Positions 11,413-24,261 of a stretch of 64,000 bases of DNA are shown here, piece by piece. This DNA is from Octopus vulgaris. Its lineage: Eukaryota. A program made the position numbers and the translations under genes. The stretch's first letter is position 1. The number at the start of each line of letters is the position of its first letter. The DNA is taken from assembly GCA_951406725.2 (NCBI GenBank), contig OX597839.1, positions 24,056,001-24,120,000 on the forward strand, written 5' to 3'. The notes beneath the pieces are model-generated. The model searched no databases. It saw only the letters and a program-made list of their open reading frames with translations, and was not told where the DNA came from.

Positions 11413-12828
11413 CTGAAAGACAAAAGAAAAGAAAATTTACATTTAAGACATTCATCAACAAAATACAACTGAGAATAAACTTTTATGGAATGAAATGACA
11501 TTTAAACTGGTCATATCTAACCTCTTACACCAACCCTACAATGCCATTCTAAAAATACATAATCATCATCATATAATGTTCTTTGTCCATGGGTTGGACA
11601 GTTTGACGAGGGTTGCGCCATATTCCAGTTTGATCTGCCAGGGTCTCTACGGTTGGGTGCTCTTCCTAATGTCAACCACTCCGAGAGTGTAATGGGTGTG
11701 TTTACATACCAGTGGCACAAGTGCCAGTTGTGTGACACCAGTATCTGCCACAACTATGATTCCACTTGGCTTGATGGGTCTTCTACTCAAGCACAGCATA
11801 TTGCTAAAGGTCTCGGTCATTTATCATTGCCTCCGTGTGGCCGAACGCTCAAAAGGTGCTTTTTACATGCCACTGGCACAGGTGCCAGTTACGTGACACT
11901 CAAAGTCATGAGATAATCCGGGATTAGTTGAAAACAATGTGAAGAAATAAGCATTACATTTGACAGAGTGATCTGAATGCCAAAGGGTTAAACAGGCCAT
12001 ATCCAGCCTCTTACACCTACCCTACAATGTCGTTATAAAAATAAACAATCACCTTATTGAAATCTTAAAGCTATGAGGCACTCTTTTACTCATTTCAGCC
12101 ATGCGGCTGCAGTCATACTGGAGCACGACCGTAGGATAATGCATGATTAATTCAAAGTGTTCGATCAGCCTGGGGCCATAGTAGAAGACACTTACCCAAG
12201 GTGCCACTCAGTGGGACTGAACCCAGAACCATGTGGTTGGGAAGCAAGCTTCTTACCACACAGCTATAACTGCATCTAACGCTAAGTGGTCAGTCAACAT
12301 TACTATGTAAGGAGCATAGGGTCAGTTTCTTGGTTTCTCAGGGGTATATAGTCTTCCCTGGACAGGACACCAGTCTGTCCCAGGATGACTCATTTTTGCC
12401 AGCTAAGTGGACTGGAGCAATGTGAAATGAAGTGTCTTGCTCAAGAACACAGTGCATTACCCAGTCCAGGAATTGAAACCGCAATCTTATAATCATGAGT
12501 TCAACACTCAAACCAGGAAGCCATGTGCCTCCACTATCATAATATCAATCACAAATTTTGGCAAAATTTCTGGGGAGGGTGTAAGTTGATGACATTGACC
12601 TCAGTACGCAACTGGTATTTTATCAACCCCAAAAAGATGAAAGGCAAAGCTGACCTTGGCGGAATTTGAACAAGGAAGGCAAAACCAGACAAAATGCCGC
12701 TAAGCATTTTGTTTGGCGCACTCACAATTCCTCCCAGCTCACTGCCTAAGTATTTATTATGATATTAACAATTGGTTATTTCGTGAGAGAGAAGCATTGT
12801 GGTGAAGGAGAAATCAAAGGTGACTTAC

Positions 12829-12924
12829 TAGTAGTAAAGCAGCGTCTACATGAGTAGCCGCTCAAGTCGCGCCCTTCGCTGTCATCTGAGTCATTATCAG
12901 ATATTTCACTAGCAGAACTGAGAT
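12829..12924 (-). CDS. RERE: RERE exon (96 nt): (Y)LSSASEISDNDSDDSEGRDLSGYSCRRCFTT, first half of the GATA-type zinc finger
   Basis: Boundaries ttttcttcttcag|AT CTC...ACT A|gtaagt, phase 1/1, open frame. Matches RERE [29 protein letters not shown]. Confidence 0.94.
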
Positions 12925-13980
12925 CTGAAGAAGAAAATCAAAGACAAACACTTTACAATTCAGCAATATTCCATTTTCAAAATATAAACGTTTGCAGCGT
13001 ATTAGCTATTTTTCAATGTTCCTTGACCATTTGATTCAGACACATTTTTTTTTCCCCTTTCATCTCATCTATTACTTCTGAAGAAGAGCGTAAACTCAAA
13101 ACATTTTCCCACTGTTTTCTCAGCATAAACCTGATGCATTCCATTTGCTGTTCTTCTACTTCATCTTTAGATTTTTTTTTGTATGTTTGTGGACAATATT
13201 AACCATTATCCAGAAATCTTCCATCACACATCTGTGACCTTTTCAGAGACACTTTCCATCCTTGCGTGTGCACCTGCTCCACTTAGTCCATTCTATGAAT
13301 GAACTAAGCAGAGCAGGAGAACATGAGAATAGAAAGGGTCGCTGAAAAGGTTACAGATTAACCATTATACTTCACTTAAACATTTACTAATAGCTATATG
13401 GTGTCAAAATTTTGGCCTCATCACTGCAGCGCATCTTTGTCAACGATCAGATTACAGTTGGTATAACAAATATTCTGACACCATATAACCAATAACTGTT
13501 AAAGTGAAGTTAACTGCCTTCATGCGTTTTTAATAGTTAAAATGTCTTTTTCCATGCTGTAACCATATCAGCTTCAACACACGGTCTCGCATCAAATAAC
13601 TTGTCTAGTCAACTGCAGCTCTGAAATTTCAGGGTAGAATTTTCCATCCACAAAAACTTACCACAATACAATAAAACAGGGATTCTACCCCTAGGGATAT
13701 ATCAGAAGGGTTTGTGAATTTTGTTAACACAACTGATTTAATGCAATTCTTGTGTCTAGAAAATGTGAGAAGCCTTTAGCTGTTCCTATCCACTTATTGT
13801 CTTGAAGGAGGGTTTTCCAAGAATATTTATAATTAAAAATAAATTTCATGTAAGATTGTCAATTAAGACCTGTTTGAAACAATGCTTATGGTTGAGTTAC
13901 TTTGTTAGAAAGAGCTAAGTTCATCCATCTAATAAAAAAAAAAAAAAAAAAAACAAAGATTCTTAAATTAATTTCTTTAA

Positions 13981-14205
13981 CGCTTTCGTTACCAACCCGG
14001 CTGAAACAGGTACAAATGAAACCGGTAGTACAAATGTCTTGTTTCCAAAAGTTCTGAATTAAAATCTTCCACCAAACCTTAGTCACAATTTATGTTCTTA
14101 AACACCAGATGAATGATAGCTAAGTTATTTTACTAAATTCTTTGTTATATTTAAAATTAACTGAAAGAAACACAGCTTCTCAACAGGAATATGGTAACGA
14201 AAGGG
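13981..14205. mobile_element. piggyBac-type MITE family P1, opposite orientation to 3910-4124
   Basis: TTAA|CGCTTTCGTTACC...GGTAACGAAAGGG|TTAA. Confidence 0.85.
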
Positions 14206-14991
14206 TTAAGAAGGAACAGGGCCAGAAATATTGGAGGAATGTTTGATTATAGTGACCCCAGTACATGACTGGTACTTTATTTTACTGACCAGGAAACATG
14301 AATTGCCAAATTGCAAAGCTGACTAAAGCAATAATAACAAGAACACTCAGAGATTATTTCTGCCAAGGCAATGCCTACGTCCTCTCAACGATTAGCAAGG
14401 GGTGATTTTTAAAATGAGAATATCTGGAATAAACTCGATTGTTCTCACAAACAAGAATGCTAAAAATAATCCAGTATCCTTGTCTGCTACTGGATTGATC
14501 CCAAAATCTAACCAGTTTGTGCCAGTCATTAGGCTAAATATCCCTGAAAGTTTTATCTGAATCCATCCAGCGGTTCTCAAGCTGTTTTGTCCATGGATAA
14601 ACAAACACAACTGAAAACAATACCTCCACCTTCAATAAGGCAGAGATAATAATAATAATAATAATAATAACCTTTCCTAGTATAGGCAAAAAGCCTGAAA
14701 TTTTTTGGTGGTGGTGGTCAATTACATTGATCTCAGTGCTTAACTGCTTACCGTATATTAGTGGCCCAGCAGAATTTGAACTCTGAACATGTAGACAGAT
14801 GGAATGTCACTGAACATTTTGTCCAGCTTGGGAAGCTATGATTAACAGAGATTCACTGCTGAGGGTCAGAAATAAGCTGGTCTCTAACTTCTGAGATTTA
14901 CTGATTTACTTCAAGACTAAAGCCATCTTCTACAATGGAATAACAGAGTAAGAATTTTAAAAATTTGAAGAAAAAAAAAAGGAAATCTTAC

Positions 14992-15130
14992 AGAATTCAC
15001 TGGATGGCGGTCTCTGAGATCGTGTTGTCTGTCTTTTCAAACCACTCTGCCGACGATGTCGTCGATGGGGCCGGGCCGTAATGCCAGCTGGAGTCTTCTT
15101 CCAGAAATAGTAGTACTCAACCAGTTCACC
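14992..15130 (-). CDS. RERE: RERE exon (139 nt), SANT C-terminus and basic linker: GELVEYYYFWKKTPAGITARPHRRHRRQ...RPPSSEF
   Basis: Boundaries cttccccag|GGT...TTC T|gtaaga, phase 0/1. Matches RERE GELITFYYYWKKTP...HRRHRRQ...RPPSSEF. Confidence 0.96.
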
Positions 15131-15459
15131 CTGGGGAAGAGGAAAGAAAAAAATATTGAACAAATGAGAAGAGTTTGGCAGGAGACAAGCATTTGTAACT
15201 AGAGGAAAGTTGATTTATAAAATTCAAACATCATTTTTGTGAGGGGCCGTAACAGAGAATCAGGATACCATCAGGTCCCATCAATATTTACACATCTAAA
15301 CATAGGGTACCATGGAACCATTGGGCTCCACCACTTGTTTACAAAGGAAGAAAACAGAATCCTTAGAAGTCGGGAGTTTCTTCCCTGTTGTGAATAAATT
15401 AAATATTTCTGTTGGTGAAGAAAGTGATGTTATTCACCAATATTTTCAGTCGTGTTTAC

Positions 15460-15935
15460 TATTTTACTTGATTCAGTCATTTTGACTGCGGCCATGCTGG
15501 GGCACAGCCTTTAGTCGAACAAATTGCCCCCAGGACTTATTCTATTGGTCTCTTTTGCCGAACTACTAAGTTACGGGGACATAAACACACCAGCATCGGT
15601 TGTCAGGCGATGTTGGGACACACACACATATACACGATGGGCTTCTTCCAGTTTCTGCCAAATCCACTCACAAGGCTTCTATAATGTAAAAAGGTATCAT
15701 ATTGCAAAAATAGGGGCAACTGAAGAGGTACATACTCCAGGCTTTTGTTCAGGGGACAAACACAGACACACACACATACAATGGGCTTCTTTCAGTTTCT
15801 GTCTCCCAAATCAAGGATTTGGTCGGTCCGAGGCTATAGTAGAAGACACTTGCCTAAGGTGCCATGCACTGGGACTGAAACCGGAACCATGTGGTTGGGA
15901 AGCAAGCTTCTTACCGCACAGCCACTCTTGCACCT
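15460..15935 (-). mobile_element. Older, rearranged SINE family A copy (further degraded copies near 3420-3590, 12080-12270, 29025-29430, 32155-32510, 32750-33063, 42270-42450, 51748-52135, 59030-59420, 60605-60700)
   Basis: Recognisable family A head and tail motifs with CpG decay; boundaries approximate. Confidence 0.7.
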
Positions 15936-17019
15936 TTAACAACTTTTCTTACACGATCTCTCATAATATTTAATTATAAAAATATGATAGGATTTTTTAA
16001 ACATCTAAGAGGGTCCAGTAGAGTAGAATAGAAACCAAAGGGGTCTAAAAGTAGGGAACCACTGGATGAGAAGAATGTCCAACACTGATACAATAATAAT
16101 TGTTTCTACTTGAGGCACAAGGCCCGAAATCTTTGGGGAGGGGGCCAGTTGATAAGACTGACCCCAGTACTCAGCTAGTACTTAATTTATCAACCCTGAA
16201 GGATGAAAGGCAATGAGCTCAGAATATGAAGACAGATGAAATGCCACTAAGCATTTAATAATACTAATCCTTTCTACATGAAGGCACAAAGCCTGAAATT
16301 TGGTGGGGGTGGATAGTTGATTACATTGACCCCACGGTTTCACTGGTACTCAATTTATTGACCCTGAAAGGATGAAAGGCAGAGTCGACCTCGGCGGAAT
16401 TTGAACTCCGCTATGGGCAAAATAATGCCAAGCATTTCAAATAACAAAACAGTTACAATGTTACACAATGTTGGTAATAATAGTAATTAAGCTAAGACTT
16501 AATTAATTATAGTGGAAGTAGATATTAGTTAAAAAATTAGAACACTAATGATTTAACAACAGTTAGTATAAAAATGACCAACAGAAATATATTAATATGG
16601 CTTTATATGTTTGTGTTGGAGATTTTTAAACAGTCAAAACTGCTCCAAACAGGAAGGCTTCAAGTCAGTGATGGAACTTCTATGTAGTCACTATTGCTAG
16701 AAACAACAGCCAAATCTCACTGAAAATACAGCCTACAATACAAAAACAGGAAAGATTTATTGAATAATGTAGTCGCAGATATGAACAAAGGCCGGACAAG
16801 CACAAATAGAATGTCTTTGAGTGTAAGTCAACTCACTTTAGACTGACCAGGATGTGAGCCACCACCAATACCACCAGAACAAGCGAATGAGGTATCTGTC
16901 AGGCCTTGCCTTTTACCAATATATTTAGTTGTCATAGAGTTATGGCCACGTACAGGGCACCCACGCAGGTGTGACATACAGAGCACTCGTGCTGGGGCCA
17001 TGTACAAAAGTTGTCAACA

Positions 17020-17091
17020 AACAGCCATTGGAGTTGAACCCACATTCCCCATGGCTCTGGCCGAGTGCTTTACCACTAAGTTAAACTGCCC
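17020..17091 (-). pseudogene. Degenerate tRNA-like sequence (pseudo-tRNA or SINE head)
   Basis: ggcagtttaacttagtggtaaagca...gtgggttcaactccaatggctgtt has A/B-box-like motifs, but the stems pair poorly. Confidence 0.35.
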
Positions 17092-18094
17092 ACTGACAAC
17101 ATTTCTGCCGATTTTAAACACTAAACAGATAACCATTTGTTGACAGTTTTTTTCCACTTTGTAAGCTTTTTTGCTGCTGTTTTAACGGCGATACTGCATT
17201 TGGAAATATCATTTTGTATTGTATGATACACATTCTGTGCTTCTAAAAAGCAAATCTAAGTCTATTTGTCTAAATACATATAGAAGAATATGCTTGATAT
17301 TGTATGTTTTAATGGCAACAGGACATAGAGCTTGAATCAGTGACAAGATATATCTATATGCAACAGATTTCTGTATGAGATTACAGATTTAGATAAACAA
17401 GGATGACATCAAGTGAAACTGCTGACAGTTCCAGCATGATCTACCAGGAAAGGGTCCACTGGTTTACGGATGGCTCATCCTTTTATTTCACACAACGGCA
17501 ACCATCAAAACAAAACCATACCACTTTACTCTTGGTACACATCATATTTCAACTGAAACAACAAATTGACAAAGTACGAAACAAGAGACAAGAGTGATTG
17601 ATTAAGTCACAGATTATCCTTTGCTCTCTCTCTCTTTCTCTAGAGAGAGAGAAGCAGAAGAGGAATTATCTATATTTAAACACTTAAAATACAAGCAAAT
17701 TAATCAGAAATACTTAATCTAACAAATTCAATGCCAGATAGAATTTGGAGCTTACTGCCTCTCAACGTAGTATAAAATACCGAGCACCAAAGATTTCAAT
17801 CTAAAGACTGAAACATCACTTAACATCCATTTTCCATGTTGCCATGGGTCGGATGGTTTGACAGGAGCTGGGAAGGCCAGGGGCTGCACCAGGTTCCACA
17901 GTCTGTTTTGGCATGGTTTCTACAGTTGGATGCCCTTCCTAATGCCAACCACCTTAGAAAATGTACTGGGTGATTTTTATATGGCACTACCTCCAGTGCT
18001 TTTTGCTGGACTTGGTACCATCACAATACTTTTTATATAGAACCAGCAGAATCCAAGTCCAAATAGAACTCACTAACTTTTGGCAGGTGGTGTT

Positions 18095-18735
18095 ATAAAA
18101 CAAAGAGGTAAGACTTTAAAACAGTCAAGGTAAGGTTTTATAAAAGTGAAGATAAGGCTTGATGACCTTGAAGGTAAGGTTTCATAAGTGTCAAAGTAAG
18201 GTTTACAACAGTGAGGTCAAGGTAAGCCTTTCTAAAAGTGAACACAAAGTTTCATAATATTCAAAGTAAGGTTTTATAACAATGAAGGCAAGGTTCTGTA
18301 AAAGTCAAGATAATGTCTTACACCTGTGAAGGTAAGGCTATGTAAAAAGACAAGGTTTCCCTAACATTTCAAGTAAGGTAATATAACTGCCAAGGTAAGG
18401 TTTTATAAAAGCAAAGACAAGGTTTTATAACTATCAAGGTAATATTTTACAAATTGAAAGTAAGGTTCCATAACACTCAAGGTAAAGTTTTATTACATCC
18501 AAGGTAAGCTTCTGTGAAAGTCAAGGTAATATTCAAGGTAAAGTTTTATATCTGTCAAGTTTCAGTTTAAATAAGTTTCAGGTTAATAAGTCATTGTAAG
18601 GTGGAACTGAAGGTAAGGTTTTATAGCAGTCAAAGTAAGATTTTATAATACACAAAGTAGGGCCTTATGAGACATGGTAAGGTTAAGCTTTTATAGTAAA
18701 CCAAGTTAAATTTTAAGATAATTACAGTAAGGTAT
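18095..18735. repeat. Degenerate minisatellite, unit of about 21-23 bp (gtcaaggtaaggttttataaaa), roughly 25-30 copies
   Basis: Periodic aaggtaagg/aagtaagg cores. Confidence 0.85.
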
Positions 18736-19466
18736 GAATATTATACACAAATGTTAGAAACTAACTTTATACTTTAACAATATTGTTAAGTAAAGAAAAG
18801 CCTGCAATGCTTCCACAGAAAGGAGTCAGAGGTGCCGAGGGTAGAGGAGTCGGAGTCAAAGTTTTTTGTTTTGACTCCACATCCTCGGTTTTAAGGAGTC
18901 TGTGCTAGTCAAGCACACTGACACAGCACTTGAGCACTTTATTTTAGTGACCCTGAAATAGTGGAAACCTCAGCAGGATTTGAAGGTAGGACATAACAGG
19001 GGCAGAACAAACACCACAAGGTATTCCTCTCTCCCCCACCATTAATGACTTAAAGGAGTCTGCCAGCTCATCTCCGAAACATTAGTTTGGTTAATTAATA
19101 AAGAACAGAGAGAGGTGTGTAAGACAGAGACTGAGCCGAGAAAGGGTTCGCTTAAACTGAAGCGCTTTAACGAGGACAAAACAATGATATGACCAACAAG
19201 CGAATGGAAACTTCCAGAGAGAAATCAAACAGAAGACAATAAACAAAAGTAGAAGAAGAATTGAAGAAGACGTAGAAGAGACACACACACACACACACAC
19301 TTGGCCCACCGGAGATTAATTATTCAGTAAGATGTGGTAATAGTCTCCTTCAATATGTATAAGCTTTCACAAACAACAAGCTAATAAATATTAAGTTTCT
19401 ATTTTGCTTTGATAGCCACCACCACAACCACCACCGTCGCCATCACATCGATACTACTCTATTACC

Positions 19467-19505
<39 letters not shown>

Positions 19506-21035
19506 TTCCCACAGCTGTTACATTCAACTGTACAATATAAACAAACAATAGTAGATTCAGGACAAGCACAACAACAACAACAACACCACCAACAACAACA
19601 ACAGCAAGCTGCCAACCATGTGGTTACCATCACAACAGATTACTGGCTCTGTTCACCAGGGTGATTAGCTGTTTAATAATTCCACCAGGGTTCAAACAAG
19701 TGTTGTTAATTTCTGAGGAGCTGTTTAGAAATTATTAACAGCTGTTTTAACCTCTTCTGAAATTATTAACACCTGATGTGATAATAATGTTTAGTTGTAA
19801 AGAAAGTGTTTAACAAAACTGGTGAAAGCTAGGAGAAAAGCTGGCAGCCACCACCACCACCACCACCACCACCACCATTTGTTTCCTGTTTAACCAGTTA
19901 ACAAGTAACAGACCTCTACTACAACAGGAATTATTATTATTATTATTATTATTATTATGCCATTTCATCGATTTTGCCTTTCATCCCTTTCAGGGTTGAT
20001 TCAATAAATACCAGTTAAATACTGGGGGCCAAATGTAATCAGCAAGCCCTCTCCCTCGAAATTTCAGGATCTGTGCCTTTAGTAGAAAGGATTCTTATTA
20101 AAATTATTAAAGTGGCATGAGCTAGCAGAATTCCGCTTAGGCTGACTTTGCCTCCCATCCGGTGGGGGGCCTAAGCACCAGTTGCGCACTGGGGTTGATA
20201 TAATTGATAAGTCCCCTCCCCCAAAATTTCAGGCCTTGTGCCTTTAACAGGAAGGATTATTATTATTATCATCATAATGGCTTCCGTGCCGGTGGCACGT
20301 AAAAAGCACCATCCGAACGTGGTCGATGCCAGCGCCGCCTTGACTGGCTTCAGTGCCGGTGGCATGTAAAAAGCACCAATCCAATCGTGGCCATTGCCAG
20401 CCTCGCCTGGCATGTAAAAAGCACCCACTACACTCACAGAGTGGTTGGCGTTAGGAAGGGCATCCAGCTGTAGAAACACTGCCAGATCAGACTGGAGCCT
20501 GGTGCAGCCCCTGGCTTCTCAGACCCCGGTCGAACCGTCCAACCCATGCTAGCGCGGAAAACGGACATTAAACGATGATGATGATTAAGGTGGTGGATCG
20601 TTAGCATGCCGCACAAAATGCTTAGTAGTATTTTGCCCATCATTACGTTCTGGGTTCACTTTGCCTTTCATTCTTTTGGGGTCAATAAATTAAGTAGCAG
20701 TGAAACACTGGGGTTGAGGTAATCAACCAATCCCCTCCCACAAAGTGGCTGTCCTTGTGGCAAAATCTGAAACCATTATGATGATTATTATAAGAGAAAT
20801 GCAATGTTAAATGAAGTGGATCAACTCTCGATACGGAATGAGGAAGAAATAATGTCAATAGAAGAGGAATGTTGAGATTTGCATCTATGTGTTGTGTTGT
20901 TTGGTTGTTAAAGCCAGGCTGTGTCACTTGGGATAATAATAGTGCATCGTTGGAGGATAAAACAGTTTCTCAAATGACAACTGCTCCTCCCAGGCATAAA
21001 GCATTCGCTTCACAAACCATTGAGTAATGATAGTA

Positions 21036-21154
<119 letters not shown>

Positions 21155-21624
21155 AAGTTTTAATTGCTTAAATACAATTATCCGAATAAAAAACAATTTG
21201 TTTCAATCAGAGTTAAACAAACAAAAACAAAAAATTAAAATCTAAACTGTTTCTTGGTAAAGAGGCAAATTAAGACAAAATTATGATAAAAAGTTCAAGC
21301 AAAGTAGAACTGAAATAGCAGGAAATATACCTACATCTGTACCTACCTACATACACATCTACCGACCAACCTACCTACCTACCTACAATAAACATCAACT
21401 GACAAGTTTTTTCAAACCTAAGAGCTAAGAGGCTTACTTATCTTTTGACAGATTCTAATAAATCCTGCCTGGATTAGCAAACTAAGTCTCTTTTTTATAC
21501 AAGTCAGTAATTTAACAATAATTTGAGATAAAAACACAGCAACTGAGGGAAAAACAATACAAAAGACACCGAAATTAGTATTAAAATTATGTCTAAGTGC
21601 TGCCTGAAAGCTACCATGGAAAGA

Positions 21625-21663
<39 letters not shown>

Positions 21664-22254
21664 CTTATATATTTGTATGTATGTGTGTGTATATATCTAT
21701 GTATGTGTTTGTATATATATATAAAATGCTTGTGGGTATACTCGGCCAGGTTTGTTTTTTTCCTCCTTCTAGAGAACAAATAACATTTGCTAAAGTGATC
21801 AATGTAAAGGTAATTAAAAACATTTAATTAACGTTAATTAGTAACACTTCTTAATAAAATAAGAAGCCACAAAGTTATGTCTTACACTAAGTTCCAACAA
21901 ACCCAGCCAACCCTCACAAGAAGCCAATTTACTCAGAATTCTATAAACTATTTAAGTTGAGAAAAGGGAGGAGGGGGTGGATGGGTGTTTAAATAATTAA
22001 ACTAAACGATCAAATCTAACGAGTTCTCTGTTTGGGTTACTGAAGATTCCGAAGTAATAAACAAATTGGTTCCAGGGTTCAGTCCCACTGCAGGGCACCT
22101 TCTGTTGTTGCCTTGGGCTGACCAAATTGTAGGGGTCAACAAGTTCATGTTTTAAGTTTTATGTTATTGTAGGGCAGGGGGTTCTCAATTCGGGGCCCAT
22201 ATGACCTTTGGGGGTCATATAAGATTTTGTTGTGAAAATTTATGTACAATAAAA

Positions 22255-22820
22255 CTGGCTTACTGGTTCGTGATCGTAAGGTTATGAGTTTGATTCCCAG
22301 CAGCATGCATTGTGTCCTTGAGCAAGGCATTTGATTTCATATCGCCGCAGTCCACCCAGCTGGCAAAAATGAGTTGTACCGGTAATTCAAAAGGGGCCTA
22401 CCATGTCACATTCTGTGTCATGCTGAATCTCCCTGAGAACTACATTAAGGGTGTCCGTGCCTGTGAAGTACTCAGCCACTTGTTCTATAGATTGGACCAA
22501 ATGGTTGCCGTAACCCTTGGAGTGCCTGGGTATTTGGCTCATGATCGTAAGGTTGTGAGTTCGATTCCTGGGAGTGCCTTGTGTCCTTGAGCAAGACACT
22601 TTGTTTCACTTAATTGCTCCAGTCCACTCACCTGGCAAAAATGAGTTGTACCAGTAATTCCAAAGGGGGCCAGCTTTGTCAAATTCTCTGTCATGCTGAA
22701 TCTCCCTGAGAACTACATTAAGGAGTATGCATGTCTGTGGGGTACTCAGCCATTTGCATGTTCATTTCTGTCGATTGGATCAACTGGAACACTCAGAGTT
22801 CTAACGAACAGAGTGCCATC
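22255..22820 (+). mobile_element. Two tandem, older SINEs sharing the family C central/3' domain
   Basis: Each has a tRNA-like head, a ccttgagcaag segment and tgtcatgctgaatctccctgagaactacattaag. Confidence 0.7.
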
Positions 22821-23104
22821 AAATGTCCTCGTCAAACGCAAAATTTAATTACTTTCTAAATACAATTCCTAATAATATTTAATTAAAAAAAAAAAAATTT
22901 TTTTTTAACATTGAATAGCTGTGAGTCAAATAGAAATCAAATGGGGCCATAAGTGCAAAATGGTGGGGAATCGCTGTTCTAGGGTATAGCTATGTAGTAA
23001 GAAGTTTGCTTCTGAACTACATGGTTCCAGGTTCAGTCCAACTGCATGGTGCCTTGAGCAAGTGTCTTCACGGGTAGACAAACTGAAAGAACCCTTATAT
23101 GTTT

Positions 23105-23478
23105 ACTCTTAACTCTTCTACTTGTTTCAGTCATTTGACTGCGGCCATGCTGGAGCACCGCCTTTAGTCGAGCAAATCGACCCCGGGACTTATTCTTTGT
23201 AAGACCAGTACTTATTCTATCGGTCTGTTTTGCCGAACCGCTAAGTGACGGGGACGTAAACACACCAGCATCGGTTGTCAAGCAATGCTAGGGGGGACAA
23301 ACACAGACATATATACGACAGGCTTCTTTCAGTTTCCGTCCACCAAATCCACTCACGAGGCATTGGTCGGCCCGGGGCTATAGCAGAAGACACTTGCCCA
23401 AGATGCCACGTAGTGGGACTGAACCCGGAACCATGTTGTTGGTTAGCAAGCTACTTACCACACAGCCACTCCTGCGCC
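23105..23478 (-). mobile_element. tRNA-derived SINE family A (CORE-like cttgggcaagt), young copy
   Basis: Head ggcgcaggagtggctgtgtggtaag...ggttcagtccc; tail gactgaaacaagtagaagag; TSD tatgttt. Confidence 0.88.
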
Positions 23479-24040
23479 TATGTTTGTATGCTTTTTCTCA
23501 CGCAATCTTTTCAGACAAAGAGTGTAGGCTCAAAATGTCAAAGACTTTTCCATTCTTCCTGAGCGTTAAACGAATATACCTGCCTGTTGTTCCTTCACCT
23601 ATCTTCGTCATTGTATTCTGTAAATTGGAACCATATATATGTGTGTGCATGTGTGTGTGTATAATTATACATCATCATCATCATTTAACATCCGCTTTCC
23701 ATGCTGGGTATAAGTTGGACAGTTTGACCGAGAGCTGGCAAGCCAGGAGGCTGCACCAGGCTCCAATCTGATCTGGCTAGGTTTCTACAGCTCAATGCCC
23801 TCCTTAATGACAACCACACCGAAAGTGTAGTGGGTGCTTTTTATATTCCATCAGCATGGGGGCCAGTCAGGCGGCACTGGCATTGGCCATGCTCAAATGG
23901 TGCTTTTATGCATGCATGTACTTGTCCAACCACCACTGTTTGACAACTGGTGCTGGTTTATTTACATCCCTCAATAGAACAAGTTCCAGGCTTTAAAAAA
24001 TAATCCGTGCCAGGGTTGATTTGTTTGACTTAACCCTTAA

Positions 24041-24261
24041 CCCTTTAGTGTTTGCATTATTCTGCCAAAATTAATGCTTTTTCATCCACATTGATTTGAG
24101 CTAATCATGCATTACCTTGTAGCTATGAGATTTTAATGAGGTAGCTATTAATTTTTAAAACGATATTGTAGGGTTGGTGAGAGAGACCAGATCTGGCCAG
24201 TTTGAACATAAAACAGGCAGAATGCTTTTGGCCGGATATGGCCGGTTTAAATGCTAAAGGG
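24041..24261. mobile_element. piggyBac-type MITE family P2 (degraded copies about 404-630, 11495-11990, 29970-30715, 50810-50955)
   Basis: TTAA|CCCTTTAG...CTAAAGGG|TTAA, inserted into a family A SINE tail. Confidence 0.85.

Noticed and set aside
21438-21468. Possible 27/31-nt poison micro-exon (cag|...GATAA|gtaagc) that would truncate the SANT domain
   Set aside because: The acceptor lacks a polypyrimidine tract; not supportable without RNA data.
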